Source: Patescibacteria group bacterium (GTDB taxonomy: Bacteria > Patescibacteriota > Minisyncoccia > Phycocordibacterales > JBBUBG01). From it: a stretch of 64,000 nucleotides of DNA. Below, piece after piece: positions 37,956-47,502 of the stretch. Below the pieces are notes generated by a model. It was not told the origin of the DNA. It was given only the letters and a program-made list of their open reading frames with translations, and did no database searches. A program made the translations under genes and the position numbers. The number at the start of each line of letters is the position of its first letter. Position 1 is the stretch's first letter. The stretch spans positions 63,434 through 127,433 of the forward strand of contig JAZKIQ010000004.1 of the NCBI GenBank assembly GCA_040384765.1, read 5' to 3'.

Positions 37956-39149
37956 ATGGCAGGAACATTTGATCGCTCCAAGCCACACGTCAACGTGGGC
38001 ACCATCGGCCACGTAGACCACGGCAAGACTTCGCTCACGGCTGCAATTCTTCACGTCCTCAACCTTGCAGGAAAGGATGTAAAGCTCCGCGGCATTGGCG
38101 AAATTGACAACGCTCCAGAAGAGCGCGCTCGTGGCATCACGATTGCCCTTTCTCACAACGAGTACTCGACAGACAAGCGTCACTACGCTCATATCGACGC
38201 TCCAGGTCACGCCGACTATATCAAGAACATGATCACCGGTGCCGCCCAGATGGACGGTGCGATCCTTGTGGTTGCCGCAACTGACGGTGTTATGCCTCAG
38301 ACTCGCGAGCATATTCTTCTTGCACACCAGATCGGTGTACCGAAGATCATTATCTTCCTCAACAAGATCGACCTCGTAGATGACAAGGAGATCATCGACC
38401 TCGTAGAGCAGGAGGTTCGTGAGCTTCTCACCAAGAACCACTACGATGGTGACAACGCTCCGGTTATTCGTGGTTCAGCAGTAAAAGCCCTTGAAACAAA
38501 AGCTTCTACCGAGGAGTGGGCAAAACCAATCTTGGATCTTGCTGACGCCCTCGACAACTATATTCCTCAGCCAGTCCGCGAGCTCGACAAGCCATTTCTT
38601 ATGCCAGTTGAAGACGTATTCTCGATCGAAGGTCGCGGTACGGTAGTTACCGGCCGCATCGAGCGCGGTGTCATCAAGGTAGGCGACAACATCGAAATTG
38701 TTGGTCTTAAGGATACCCAGAAGACGACCGTTACTGGTATTGAAATGTTCAACAAGTCTCTCGATGAGGGACAGGCTGGCGACAACGCAGGTATTCTTCT
38801 TCGCGGTCTCAAGAAGGAGGATATCGAGCGTGGCCAGGTGCTTTGCAAGGCAGCTTCAGTAACTCCACACACTGAGTTCACCGCAGAGGTGTACATCTTG
38901 AAGAAGGAGGAGGGTGGCCGTCACACGCCGTTCTTCACTGGCTACAAGCCTCAGTTCTATGTTCGCACAACGGACGTAACAGGTGAGGTAACCCTTCCTG
39001 AGGATGTAAAGATGGTTATGCCAGGCGATACCGTAAAGTTTGTGGTAAAGCTTGTAGCGCCGGTCGCTCTTGAGGAGCAGCAGCGCTTTGCTATCCGTGA
39101 AGGTGGCAAGACAGTAGGTGCAGGTGTCGTAACAAAGATCACGAAGTAA
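37956..39149 (+). CDS. tuf: Elongation factor Tu
   Basis: [14 protein letters not shown]...; 397 aa. Confidence 0.97.
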   Translation: MAGTFDRSKPHVNVGTIGHVDHGKTSLTAAILHVLNLAGKDVKLRGIGEIDNAPEERARGITIALSHNEYSTDKRHYAHIDAPGHADYIKNMITGAAQMDGAILVVAATDGVMPQTREHILLAHQIGVPKIIIFLNKIDLVDDKEIIDLVEQEVRELLTKNHYDGDNAPVIRGSAVKALETKASTEEWAKPILDLADALDNYIPQPVRELDKPFLMPVEDVFSIEGRGTVVTGRIERGVIKVGDNIEIVGLKDTQKTTVTGIEMFNKSLDEGQAGDNAGILLRGLKKEDIERGQVLCKAASVTPHTEFTAEVYILKKEEGGRHTPFFTGYKPQFYVRTTDVTGEVTLPEDVKMVMPGDTVKFVVKLVAPVALEEQQRFAIREGGKTVGAGVVTKITK

Positions 39150-39204
39150 ATTCCGCAAAGTAAAGCGTACAAATAGTCCCTCGGGACCGCGTTACACAAC
39201 ACTC

Positions 39205-39561
39205 ATGGCAACGAAAGCTCCAAAAAAGACGACAAAGGTGAAAGAGGGAAGCGATCTCTCGAAGCTCCGCATTCGTATCAGTGCTTATGAAAATAAGGTG
39301 CTCGACGGATCGGTGCGACAGGTGATCGATACGGCGCTCCGCTATGGTGCGACTATCCAGGGTCCAACCCCGCTTCCGACCGAAATACGCAAGTACACCG
39401 TAAACCGCAGCTCCTTCGTGCACAAAAATGCGCGAGAGCAGTTTGAGATGCGCATCCACAAGCGCCTTGTCGATATTGTGAATCCGTCGCCAAAGATTGT
39501 TGAAGCGCTCACGAATCTCACCCTTCCGTCAGGTATCAATGTCGACGTGAAGATGATGTAG
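39205..39561 (+). CDS. rpsJ: Ribosomal protein S10 with N-terminal Lys-rich extension
   Basis: IRISAYENKVLDGSVRQVIDTALRYGATIQGPTPLPT. Confidence 0.93.
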   Translation: MATKAPKKTTKVKEGSDLSKLRIRISAYENKVLDGSVRQVIDTALRYGATIQGPTPLPTEIRKYTVNRSSFVHKNAREQFEMRIHKRLVDIVNPSPKIVEALTNLTLPSGINVDVKMM

Positions 39562-39575
39562 ATAGACATACTGAA

Positions 39576-40193
39576 ATGAAATTCATTCTGGGAACAAAAC
39601 AAGAGATGGTTCAGCTCTTCGATGAGAAGGGTAATGTCCACGCGGGCACTATCGTTTCTGCCGGGCCCGTTGTCGTGACCCAGGTGAAGACTGCGGAGAA
39701 AGATGGCTATGAAGCGCTACAGCTTGGCTATGGAGTGCAGAAGGAGTCTCGCCTCTCAAAAGCCGAGAAGGGTCATCTCAAAGATCTTCCCCTTTCTCGC
39801 GTGCTTCGCGAAACCCGCCTGGCTGCTCCGGCTGACGCCGCTCTCGCTCGCGGTACTTCGATCGACCTTTCAAGCTTTGCTGAGGGTGACCCAATCGAAG
39901 TGACGGGCATCTCAAAAGCAAAAGGGTTCCAGGGTACGGTGAAGCGCCATGGTTTCCATGGAGGCCCTCGCACGCACGGCCAGAAGCACTCTGAGCGTGA
40001 GCCAGGTTCTATTGGCGCCGGTGGATACCAGCGCGTATTTAAGGGCCGACGCATGTCTGGCCGCATGGGAGGGGATCAGGTGACCGTAAAGAACCTTCGC
40101 GTTTTGAAGGTTGACGCCGCTACAAATACGATGATTATCTCAGGTGCTGTCCCGGGCCGCCGAGGCACTCTTCTTGCGATCAAAGGTAAATAA
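39576..40193 (+). CDS. rplC: Ribosomal protein L3
   Basis: Canonical L3. Confidence 0.95.
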   Translation: MKFILGTKQEMVQLFDEKGNVHAGTIVSAGPVVVTQVKTAEKDGYEALQLGYGVQKESRLSKAEKGHLKDLPLSRVLRETRLAAPADAALARGTSIDLSSFAEGDPIEVTGISKAKGFQGTVKRHGFHGGPRTHGQKHSEREPGSIGAGGYQRVFKGRRMSGRMGGDQVTVKNLRVLKVDAATNTMIISGAVPGRRGTLLAIKGK

Positions 40194-40199
40194 ACCGAT

Positions 40200-40865
40200 A
40201 TGAAAGCAACGATCTATACACAAGAAGGGAAGGAAAACGGCTCAATCGAGCTTGCTGATTCGATGTTTGGTCTCGCGTGGAACGGCGACCTCGTAAAGCA
40301 GGTTGTTGACTCGATGCTCTCTTCTCGCCGCAAGCCAGTTGCTCATACGAAGGGTCGCGGAGAGGTGCGCGGAGGAGGCAAGAAGCCATGGAAGCAGAAG
40401 GGTACAGGCCGTGCACGTCATGGATCAATCCGCTCGCCAATCTGGCGAGGTGGAGGAGTCACCCACGGACCAACAAACGAGAAAATCTTCGAGCGCAAGA
40501 TCTCAAAGAAGATGAAGGCGAAGGCTCTGCTCACGATCCTCTCCCAGAAGCTCCGCGAAGGGGAGGTGCTCTTTGTGGATTCGCTCGTGCTTAGTGCTCC
40601 AAAGACAAAGGAGGCTACGAAGGTGCTCATGGCACTCTCAAAGGTGAAAGGCTTCGAGAAAATGTCGTACAAGAAAGGCTCACGTGCCCTTCTTGCGGTG
40701 CCTGCACATGATGCGAAGCTCGCTCGCTCATTCCGCAATATTGCTTCTGTCGGTATCGATGAGGCTCGCAATATGAATCCAGTCGATCTGCTTCGCTACA
40801 AATATTTGGTGATCGCTCGTCCAGAAGAGTCGCTCAAAACGGTAGAGGGGAGGCTCGTTAAGTAA
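40200..40865 (+). CDS. rplD: Ribosomal protein L4
   Basis: Canonical L4. Confidence 0.95.
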   Translation: MKATIYTQEGKENGSIELADSMFGLAWNGDLVKQVVDSMLSSRRKPVAHTKGRGEVRGGGKKPWKQKGTGRARHGSIRSPIWRGGGVTHGPTNEKIFERKISKKMKAKALLTILSQKLREGEVLFVDSLVLSAPKTKEATKVLMALSKVKGFEKMSYKKGSRALLAVPAHDAKLARSFRNIASVGIDEARNMNPVDLLRYKYLVIARPEESLKTVEGRLVK

Positions 40866-40879
40866 TCGACTGCACCACC

Positions 40880-41203
40880 ATGGCAACCAAAAAGAACAAA
40901 AACGAACTCCCCGAAGCGGCTCCGAAAAAAATCTCGGTGCTTATAAAGCCACGGGTGACTGAGAAGGCAGCCATGAGCGCATCGCGCGATCTTCCTGCGT
41001 ATGTGTTTGAGGTGCTTCCGGGGACCAACAAGAATGCGGTCGTCGCTGCTATTAAAGAGCAGTACAAAGTGAACCCAATCAAAGTTCGCATGACCTCTCT
41101 TCCCCGCAAACAGGTGTTTGTTCGCGGCAAGTGGGGGATGAAAAGCGGCATCAAGAAGGCCGTTGTATATCTTGCAAAAGGTGATAAGATCGATCTCGCC
41201 TAA
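40880..41203 (+). CDS. rplW: Ribosomal protein L23
   Basis: Canonical L23. Confidence 0.93.
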   Translation: MATKKNKNELPEAAPKKISVLIKPRVTEKAAMSASRDLPAYVFEVLPGTNKNAVVAAIKEQYKVNPIKVRMTSLPRKQVFVRGKWGMKSGIKKAVVYLAKGDKIDLA

Positions 41204-41208
41204 CTTCC

Positions 41209-42054
41209 ATGCTTAAGCACTACCGCCCTACATCAAAATCTCGCCGTCATATGTCCACGATCATGTATCGTGGAGTTATCACGACGAACGAACCGTACAA
41301 GCCGCTCACCTCTGGTGGTAAGCGCGACATGGGCCGCAACAATGCTGGCCGCATCTCGGTCCGCCACAAAGGAGGAGGTTCGAAGAAGCTCTATCGTCTC
41401 ATCGACTTTGTATACAATAAGCGCGATGTTCTCGCGACTATTGAGACCGTAGAGTACGATCCATACCGCTCGGGCTTTATCTCTCTTGTCGTGTATCGCG
41501 ACGGTGAGCGCCGCTACGTGCTTCTTCCAAAGTCGCTCGGCGTAGGAGACACCTTTGTGGTTTCGGAGAAGGCGGATATCAAGCCGGGCAACCGTTTGCC
41601 TCTTAAGAATATTCCTGTAGGTACGTTTGTATATAATATCGAATTTCACCCAGGTGGAGGTGGCAAGATCTCGCGATCTGCTGGCAACTATGCTGAGGTT
41701 CTTTCCAATGACGCTGGCTACACCAATGTGCGCATGCCGTCGGGCGAGGTGCGCAAGGTAAATGGTATGTGCTGGGCATCGGTGGGAGAAGTCTCAAACG
41801 GAGAACATAACCTCGTAAACTTCGGCAAGGCAGGACGCTCACGATGGAAGGGTATTCGCCCAACGGTTCGTGGTACTGCTATGAACCCGGTAGATCACCC
41901 ATACGGTGGTGGTGAAGGGCGCCAGGGTCGTGGTACTCGCCGAGCGAAGTCCCTCTGGGGCAAGCCAACAGGCGGGCACAAAACTCGTACTCCCAAGAAA
42001 TACTCAAATATTTTCCGAGTGTCGCGACGCCCTAAGAAGCTTCGCAAGAAGTAA
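41209..42054 (+). CDS. rplB: Ribosomal protein L2
   Basis: Canonical L2; 281 aa. Confidence 0.96.
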   Translation: MLKHYRPTSKSRRHMSTIMYRGVITTNEPYKPLTSGGKRDMGRNNAGRISVRHKGGGSKKLYRLIDFVYNKRDVLATIETVEYDPYRSGFISLVVYRDGERRYVLLPKSLGVGDTFVVSEKADIKPGNRLPLKNIPVGTFVYNIEFHPGGGGKISRSAGNYAEVLSNDAGYTNVRMPSGEVRKVNGMCWASVGEVSNGEHNLVNFGKAGRSRWKGIRPTVRGTAMNPVDHPYGGGEGRQGRGTRRAKSLWGKPTGGHKTRTPKKYSNIFRVSRRPKKLRKK

Positions 42055-42056
42055 TC

Positions 42057-42086
42057 AAAACGCCGCCCTTCGGGCGGCGTTTTTCG
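42057..42086 (+). terminator. Rho-independent terminator directly after rplB (interrupts the S10 operon)
   Basis: aaaacgccgcccttcgggcggcgtttttcg. Confidence 0.7.
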
Positions 42087-42125
42087 TTAGAGATTTTCTA
42101 AAAAGAAAAGTGGTACACTGGCTCT

Positions 42126-44147
42126 ATGAAAAAAAATGTAGCTAGGTTCTTTCTCTTCGTTTTGCTCATCATTACGTCTTTTGGTACTCCGTCCCGAGTA
42201 TCAGCTTTCACGGAGCTGGAAAGGGAAATACTTATCGCGAAGCTCCAGGCACAGATCACGGGGTTGCTTGCACAGCTCCAACAGCTCAAAGCTACTTCAA
42301 CGAGCACGAGCTTTTGCCACGATTTTAACCAAAATTTGGGCGTTTCTTCGTATGTGAATGATGTGGTTTTGCTCAAAGCGGCCCTGAACAAAGAGGGAAT
42401 TAGCATCGACTCCAAGCCACTGTTTGATGAAGATACGGCAACGGCAGTAATCGCGTTTCAGGCAAAGCATGGTATTCGTCAGACGGGATATGTGGGGCCT
42501 CTCACGCGTGGCAAGCTCAATCAGCTCTACCGTTGTGCAGTCGCAACACAGCAGTCTTCTTCGAAGCCGGCTCTTTCCACGTCGGCAACCCCTGTCATCT
42601 CCTACGTACAGGGGTCTTCGGGAGATCGAAATATCCTTCGCCTTGGTGAATCGGCAACGATCTTTGGGACCAATCTCCAGAACGCCGTGAATATACGTTT
42701 TTCTTCGAATGGATCGACGGTAGCCCTCATTCCCGTTACCAATACGAATTTCTCTATTCTTACTTTTACCGTTCCCTCATCACTACCCGGCGCAACGATA
42801 CTGACTGTCGAACTTCCTTCGAGTGCCGGTACGTGGACTGCCATCACGATCGCAAACAATAATCAAAATGTGCCAGCCATTACCTTCGTGGGTGGCAAGG
42901 ATCGTCTCGATGGTCACATGAGCATAGGATCAGTGACTCAAATAAACGGAAATTTCAACGGCACCATTACGTTAGGATATTTGCGAGGTGCAGCAGGTAC
43001 CGTAGACCAAACATATTTTTTTACGCCGCTCACTCGATGTGATGGTACAAATGGAATACATTGTTTGTCGCCCATCGTGCCCGCAAATGTTCCGGCGGGG
43101 CAGTACATGCTCTATCTCGCGAATGCACATGGTACAAGTGCAGGCTTTCCGGTGGTTGTGGATGCGGCTGGAACTTTGCTGTCCTCCAAGCCGGACATTT
43201 CAGTTTCCTCGGTTACTTTCTTTCCGGCCAGTCCAAAGGTGAACGATCTTGTTACGGTGTCGGTGACAGTTACGAATAACAGTTCGGTAGACATCACGAC
43301 CCCATTTTCGATCAACGTACAAGGGACAGCGAAGTCCGTCAGTTTTCTTCAGGCACACACCAGTCAGATAGTGACAGTTAACAACGCTTTTTCATTTGCG
43401 GATCCGGGGGTGAAGACGCTCAATTTTCCGGTGGATATTTCCAATTCGATAGATGAAAGTAATGAGAACAACAACGTGTACGTTGCGATTCTCTCTTTTG
43501 TCACGAATGCGCCTTCTGTTTCCATTACATCACCGCGCGAGAAAACGTACTGGAAAAAGAATACTCTTGCAACATGGACATGGAAAATAAGTGAATCTCA
43601 GATGCCGGTCGATATCTGGCTCATTCGTCCGAACGGTGCAGGAAATCTAGTATTTGCGAAGTCATATCCTAGTAATGATGGAGTCTTCTCGTGGAATGTA
43701 GGACTTACCCCATTCGAGTGGAATATGGCGGATAATATTCCCAACGGTGAATATCGTGTCGCTGTGTGTCCGGCGGGAGCGGCGATAGGGTCTACGTGTG
43801 GAATATTTAGTACGACTATCTATGGGTCTCAAGTAAAAGAGATAACGGTAACTTCGCCAGCGGCGGGAACCCAGCTTAGGCCTGGGGATACGGTGAGAGT
43901 TGTATTTGCGAGGCCTGTTGTAGGAGAAAAATATTCGGTTACCCTGTATGCAGGAGGTGTATATCCACTCGGTACGCTTATCGGTACGGATAGTTCCGAG
44001 CAGGCAGCTTTCTTTACTATCCCTTCAAATACGGGTCTGTCGGCCGGGCTTGCTGTTATCGAGGTGAGCCAGCTTACGAGTGATGGGGTTAATTGCGTCA
44101 ACTTTTGTACTCGTGCTGATTCTGGAAACCTGACAATTACCCGCTAG
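42126..44147 (+). CDS. Secreted cell-surface protein: signal peptide, coiled coil, peptidoglycan-binding domain, CARDB/Ig-like repeats
   Basis: PG_binding_1-like VVLLKAALNKEGISIDSKPLFDEDTATAVIAFQAKHGIRQTGYVGPLTRGKL; CARDB-like DLVTVSVTVTNNSSVDITTPFSINV...NENNNV. Confidence 0.75.
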   Translation: MKKNVARFFLFVLLIITSFGTPSRVSAFTELEREILIAKLQAQITGLLAQLQQLKATSTSTSFCHDFNQNLGVSSYVNDVVLLKAALNKEGISIDSKPLFDEDTATAVIAFQAKHGIRQTGYVGPLTRGKLNQLYRCAVATQQSSSKPALSTSATPVISYVQGSSGDRNILRLGESATIFGTNLQNAVNIRFSSNGSTVALIPVTNTNFSILTFTVPSSLPGATILTVELPSSAGTWTAITIANNNQNVPAITFVGGKDRLDGHMSIGSVTQINGNFNGTITLGYLRGAAGTVDQTYFFTPLTRCDGTNGIHCLSPIVPANVPAGQYMLYLANAHGTSAGFPVVVDAAGTLLSSKPDISVSSVTFFPASPKVNDLVTVSVTVTNNSSVDITTPFSINVQGTAKSVSFLQAHTSQIVTVNNAFSFADPGVKTLNFPVDISNSIDESNENNNVYVAILSFVTNAPSVSITSPREKTYWKKNTLATWTWKISESQMPVDIWLIRPNGAGNLVFAKSYPSNDGVFSWNVGLTPFEWNMADNIPNGEYRVAVCPAGAAIGSTCGIFSTTIYGSQVKEITVTSPAAGTQLRPGDTVRVVFARPVVGEKYSVTLYAGGVYPLGTLIGTDSSEQAAFFTIPSNTGLSAGLAVIEVSQLTSDGVNCVNFCTRADSGNLTITR

Positions 44148-44162
44148 CCGTTAGGTGAGAAA

Positions 44163-44195
44163 AACAAAAGCCGCCCCTAGGGGCGGCTTTTGTTT
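44163..44195. terminator. Bidirectional terminator
   Basis: aaaagccgcccctaggggcggcttttgtttt. Confidence 0.7.
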
Positions 44196-44199
44196 TGCA

Positions 44200-44356
44200 T
44201 TTAGCGATAAAGCTTCTCGAGCTTCGCACTATTTGCTTGTGCCGAACGGTGCGCTTTCTCGGAGTAGGAGGTCCTGACCGTAGCAAAGGCAAGTTTCCGA
44301 GAAGTGCCAAGGGCGAGGATAAGGATCGTTGCGATAACTGTAAGTGAAAGAATCAT
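44200..44356 (-). CDS. Possible small membrane protein (51 aa), below the ORF-track size cutoff
   Basis: MILSLTVIATILILALGTSRKLAFATV...; own translation. Confidence 0.25.
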
Positions 44357-44478
44357 TGATGATAGTTCTGCTGATTGAAGCAGGAATGTAGTGTATTCCT
44401 CTGGAAAATCAATGCAAGCACGACAGTATATGAAGAGAGCCGTTTCCCAAGGGAAACGGCTCGTCCGGGCTTGCGCTG

Positions 44479-44691
44479 CTACTGCGTGTGGCTTGGGGCG
44501 CCGGGCACCCCTCCGATACGCAGCATAATTTTTTGGGAGGCTGCCCTCCTGCTTGCGCGTGCCTCCTCGGCCAGTTTCTCCTCGAGGCGGCTCGGGCCGT
44601 GGAGTGCTGCGACTATAACCACAGCAATTAGTCCCAAGATTACGCCGTACTCGATGAGTCCCTGCTTCTCTTCGCTGTACTTTTGGAACAT
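44479..44691 (-). CDS. flp: Flp/Fap-family pilin (type IVb/Tad pilin)
   Basis: EKQGLIEYGVILGLIAVVIVAAL, the Flp motif; SD ggggtga. Confidence 0.7.
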   Translation of the reverse strand: MFQKYSEEKQGLIEYGVILGLIAVVIVAALHGPSRLEEKLAEEARASRRAASQKIMLRIGGVPGAPSHTQ

Positions 44692-44765
44692 TACATCACC
44701 CCTTTTAGGTGTTCCGTATCTTTATATAATACCTTATTTTTCCTGATCTGTCTAGATGGCGTCTA

Positions 44766-44930
44766 TTGCCTAGTGAAGTGAGCGTCGCGAAAATGTACTC
44801 ACTTTCATGACCGAACGAACGACGGCAAAAAAGGTGAGTACCCCGTCAGCTTTGCTGCGGACCCCAGTGTCAGTACTCTCACGCTGGGGTCCGAGGGCTT
44901 GCCCCGGGGTTAATACCCTTTATTTTTGCC
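44766..44930 (+). repeat. Family-2 element copy B (full length); its 3' module encodes the last ~14 codons and stop of the pterin dehydratase gene on the opposite strand
   Basis: 5' module ATTGCCTAGTGAAGTGAGCGTCGCGAAAATGTACTCACTTTCATGACCGAACGAACGACGGCAAAAAAGGTGAG; 3' module TACCCCG-hairpin-hairpin-GGGCTTGCCCCGGGGTTAATACCCTTTATT. Confidence 0.8.
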
Positions 44931-45238
44931 GCAAGAATGAAGTCGTTTTCAGAAAGACCACCAATTGCATGGGTCGAGAGCTCGAGTCGAACAATGTTGT
45001 ACGAGATCCAGATGTCAGGGTGGTGGCCTTCCTCTTCCGCAATTTTGGCAACAGCATTCACAAAATGCATTGATTGTTTAAAATCTTCGAATTTCCACTC
45101 CTTCATGAGCTTCTTTGCTCCATCGATTTTCCAGCTTGGGTCGCTGAGCTCGGAGAGAAGGGGAGCAATCTCGCTTTCCGTGAGTGGTGGCACGCCACCT
45201 TCGCACGGCACGCACTTTTTTTCGGCAAGCATGGTCAT
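44879..45238 (-). CDS. phhB: Pterin-4a-carbinolamine dehydratase (PCD/DCoH)
   Basis: FVNAVAKIAEEEGHHPDIWISYNIVRLELSTHAIGGLSENDFILAAKI. Confidence 0.8.
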   Translation of the reverse strand: MTMLAEKKCVPCEGGVPPLTESEIAPLLSELSDPSWKIDGAKKLMKEWKFEDFKQSMHFVNAVAKIAEEEGHHPDIWISYNIVRLELSTHAIGGLSENDFILAAKIKGINPGASPRTPA

Positions 45239-45291
45239 AACAAAATAGATGAAAAGTGTTAGTATCGCTAGTATATAACCTCATCATCGCT

Positions 45292-45855
45292 ATGGATATT
45301 TTCAAGAAAGGGTGGGTCTGGGTGATTGTCGCAGTTTTGGTGCTTGGTATCTGGGCTGTATCGTCCTACAACAGCTTCGTCTCGCTTTCCGAGGGCGCGG
45401 ATACGCAGTGGGCACAGGTGGAGAATCAGTTCCAGCGCCGTTTTGACCTCGTGCCAAACCTCGTAGCTTCCGTAAAGGGTTCGCTTGCTCAAGAGCAGAA
45501 AGTGTTTGGTGACATTGCCGATGCTCGTACTCGGTATGCTGGGGCAGCATCAGTTGACGATAAGGTGGCGGCTGCAAACCAGCTCGAAGGCTCACTCGCG
45601 CGGCTTCTTGTGATTGTTGAAAGCTATCCCCAGCTCGCTTCGCAGGCAAATGTGCGTGCACTCATGGATGAGCTCGCTGGTACCGAAAACCGTATTGCTG
45701 TGGAGCGCGGCCGTTTCAATGAAAAGGTGCAGGCGTACAATATCGCGGTAAAGCGCTTTCCGGGAGTGGTCACCGCATCACTTTTTGGATATAAGGAGCG
45801 AGCGCTGTTTAAGGCAAACGAAAATGCCGACACTGCTCCGGCGGTTTCTCTCTAG
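45292..45855 (+). CDS. lemA: LemA-family membrane protein (start MDIFKKGWVWV)
   Basis: TM plus LemA helical domain; classically paired with a TPM protein. Confidence 0.85.
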   Translation: MDIFKKGWVWVIVAVLVLGIWAVSSYNSFVSLSEGADTQWAQVENQFQRRFDLVPNLVASVKGSLAQEQKVFGDIADARTRYAGAASVDDKVAAANQLEGSLARLLVIVESYPQLASQANVRALMDELAGTENRIAVERGRFNEKVQAYNIAVKRFPGVVTASLFGYKERALFKANENADTAPAVSL

Positions 45856-46717
45856 ATCGGCTGCTCTTACACTCACGCTCCTTCTCGGGAGTGCGAGTGT
45901 GTATGCGGCAGTAGCTCTTCCTCCAGAGGGGTTTGTAAACGACCGTGCAAATCTTCTCTCGGAAGCCTATCGAGAGGCGCTTGAAACCGAGCTCAGAGAG
46001 TACGAGCAAATCTCAGGGAATGAGATCGCGCTTCTTGCCGTGCCCACTAGTCCCGAAGGCTCGATAGAGGAGTTCGCCGTGGAGGTGTTTGAAGAGTGGG
46101 GGATTGGAAAGAGCGACGCGGACAACGGGCTTTTGCTCGTGATTGCAAAGGAGGATCGAAAGATTCGAATAGAGGTAGGATACGGCCTCGAGTCGTATAT
46201 TACCGATGGCCGAGCGGGTAGAATTATTCGAGACGATATGGCGCCCCTCTTCAAGGAAGGAGAGTACGACGAAGGGGTGGCGGCGGCAATCTTGAGGATC
46301 AAAGAGCATCTCTCGGGTGCGCCTGCTGGAGCAGCTGAAGAGAGTTCAGGAGATGAGTACGCGCCGTTTATTGTTCTCGGGTTCTTCTTTGTGCAGTTCG
46401 TGTTTGGTGGATTGCTTCATGTGATGGCGAAGAGTAAAAGTGTTCTTCTTGGTGGAGGTTTGGGTATTGTCCTTGGTCTCGGGATAGGTTTTCTTGTAGG
46501 TCTTGGGTCGGTAGGGCTTATTTTCGCCCTCGCATTCTTTGGGGGCATCGGCACACTTTTTGACTGGCTTGTCTCGAACTATGCTTCAGAGCGCGTACGG
46601 AAGGGAGAATCGCCCTTTTGGGGTTATGGTGGTGGAGGAAGCAGCTCGGGAGATAGTGGATTTGGGGGCTTTGGAGGGGGTTTTTCGGGGGGAGGGGGAG
46701 CTTCAGGGGGCTGGTAA
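45824..46717 (+). CDS. TPM-domain (YgcG-like) protein with C-terminal TM and Gly-rich tail
   Basis: Signal peptide; [20 protein letters not shown]; tail [18 protein letters not shown]. Confidence 0.85.
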   Translation: MPTLLRRFLSRSAALTLTLLLGSASVYAAVALPPEGFVNDRANLLSEAYREALETELREYEQISGNEIALLAVPTSPEGSIEEFAVEVFEEWGIGKSDADNGLLLVIAKEDRKIRIEVGYGLESYITDGRAGRIIRDDMAPLFKEGEYDEGVAAAILRIKEHLSGAPAGAAEESSGDEYAPFIVLGFFFVQFVFGGLLHVMAKSKSVLLGGGLGIVLGLGIGFLVGLGSVGLIFALAFFGGIGTLFDWLVSNYASERVRKGESPFWGYGGGGSSSGDSGFGGFGGGFSGGGGASGGW

Positions 46718-46728
46718 AAGCCCTTGGT

Positions 46729-46756
46729 TTGACAGTATCCATAGGTTTGCTAATAT
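46729..46756 (+). promoter_or_regulatory. Sigma70 promoter TTGACA-16-TAATAT re-initiating the rpsS...rplE operon
   Basis: ttgacagtatccataggtttgctaatat. Confidence 0.6.
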
Positions 46757-46793
46757 GCTTGTCACGCACTTTGCGGCTTTTTCTTTTGAAAAG

Positions 46794-47141
46794 ATGGCAC
46801 GATCCCTCAAAAAAGGACCATATCTAGACCCTCGCGTTCTCAAAAAGATCGCAGGCAAGAAACCCGAAAGCACACCTCTCATCAAGACGTGGTCTCGGGC
46901 ATGCCAAGTTTCTCCCGAGATGGTCGGGTTTCTCTTTGGTGTTCACAACGGCAAGATCTTTATCGAGGTGCGCTGCACCGAAGATATGGTAGGCCACCGC
47001 CTTGGAGAGTTTTCACCAACGCGCAAGTTTATCCGCCACGGTGGAAAGATGCAGAAGGAGCTTGAGCTGAAGAAGAAAGAGTCCGAGGTTGCAGCAGCAA
47101 AGGCCGCTAAAGAGGCGCCAGCTGCCGCACCGAAAAAATAG
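46794..47141 (+). CDS. rpsS: Ribosomal protein S19 with Lys/Ala-rich C-terminal tail (start MARSLKKGP)
   Basis: [18 protein letters not shown]...[13 protein letters not shown] plus [13 protein letters not shown] tail. Confidence 0.93.
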   Translation: MARSLKKGPYLDPRVLKKIAGKKPESTPLIKTWSRACQVSPEMVGFLFGVHNGKIFIEVRCTEDMVGHRLGEFSPTRKFIRHGGKMQKELELKKKESEVAAAKAAKEAPAAAPKK

Positions 47142-47153
47142 TTTTTATATCCC

Positions 47154-47498
47154 ATGGAAGTACGCGCATCACTCAACCGCTATCGCCAGTCTCCTCGCAA
47201 GGTCCGCCTTGTGGCTGCTGCTATTAACGGAAAGCGTGCTTCCGAGGCTCTCGTCTTTCTCGGCGTAACAGCGAAGCGTTCTGCTGGGCCAATCGCGAAG
47301 CTTGTATCGAGCGCCGTTGCAAACGCAAAGAACCGCCAGCTCGACATTGAGACACTCTATGTCAAAAGCGTTACGGTGAACGAGGGTCCAACTCTAAAGC
47401 GTTTTATGCCCCGCGCCTTCGGCGTTGCAAAGCGCATCAACAAGCGTACATCGCATGTTGAGATCGTACTTTCAGACGAAAAGAAGGCAAAGAAATAA
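47154..47498 (+). CDS. rplV: Ribosomal protein L22
   Basis: Canonical L22. Confidence 0.93.
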   Translation: MEVRASLNRYRQSPRKVRLVAAAINGKRASEALVFLGVTAKRSAGPIAKLVSSAVANAKNRQLDIETLYVKSVTVNEGPTLKRFMPRAFGVAKRINKRTSHVEIVLSDEKKAKK

Positions 47499-47502
47499 TT
47501 TT

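Noticed and set aside
44766-44930. Riboswitch interpretation of family-2 elements
   Set aside because: Three copies sit in unrelated contexts (gene 3' ends, opposite strand). They overlap coding sequence and match no riboswitch class I recognise. A mobile or palindromic element fits better.
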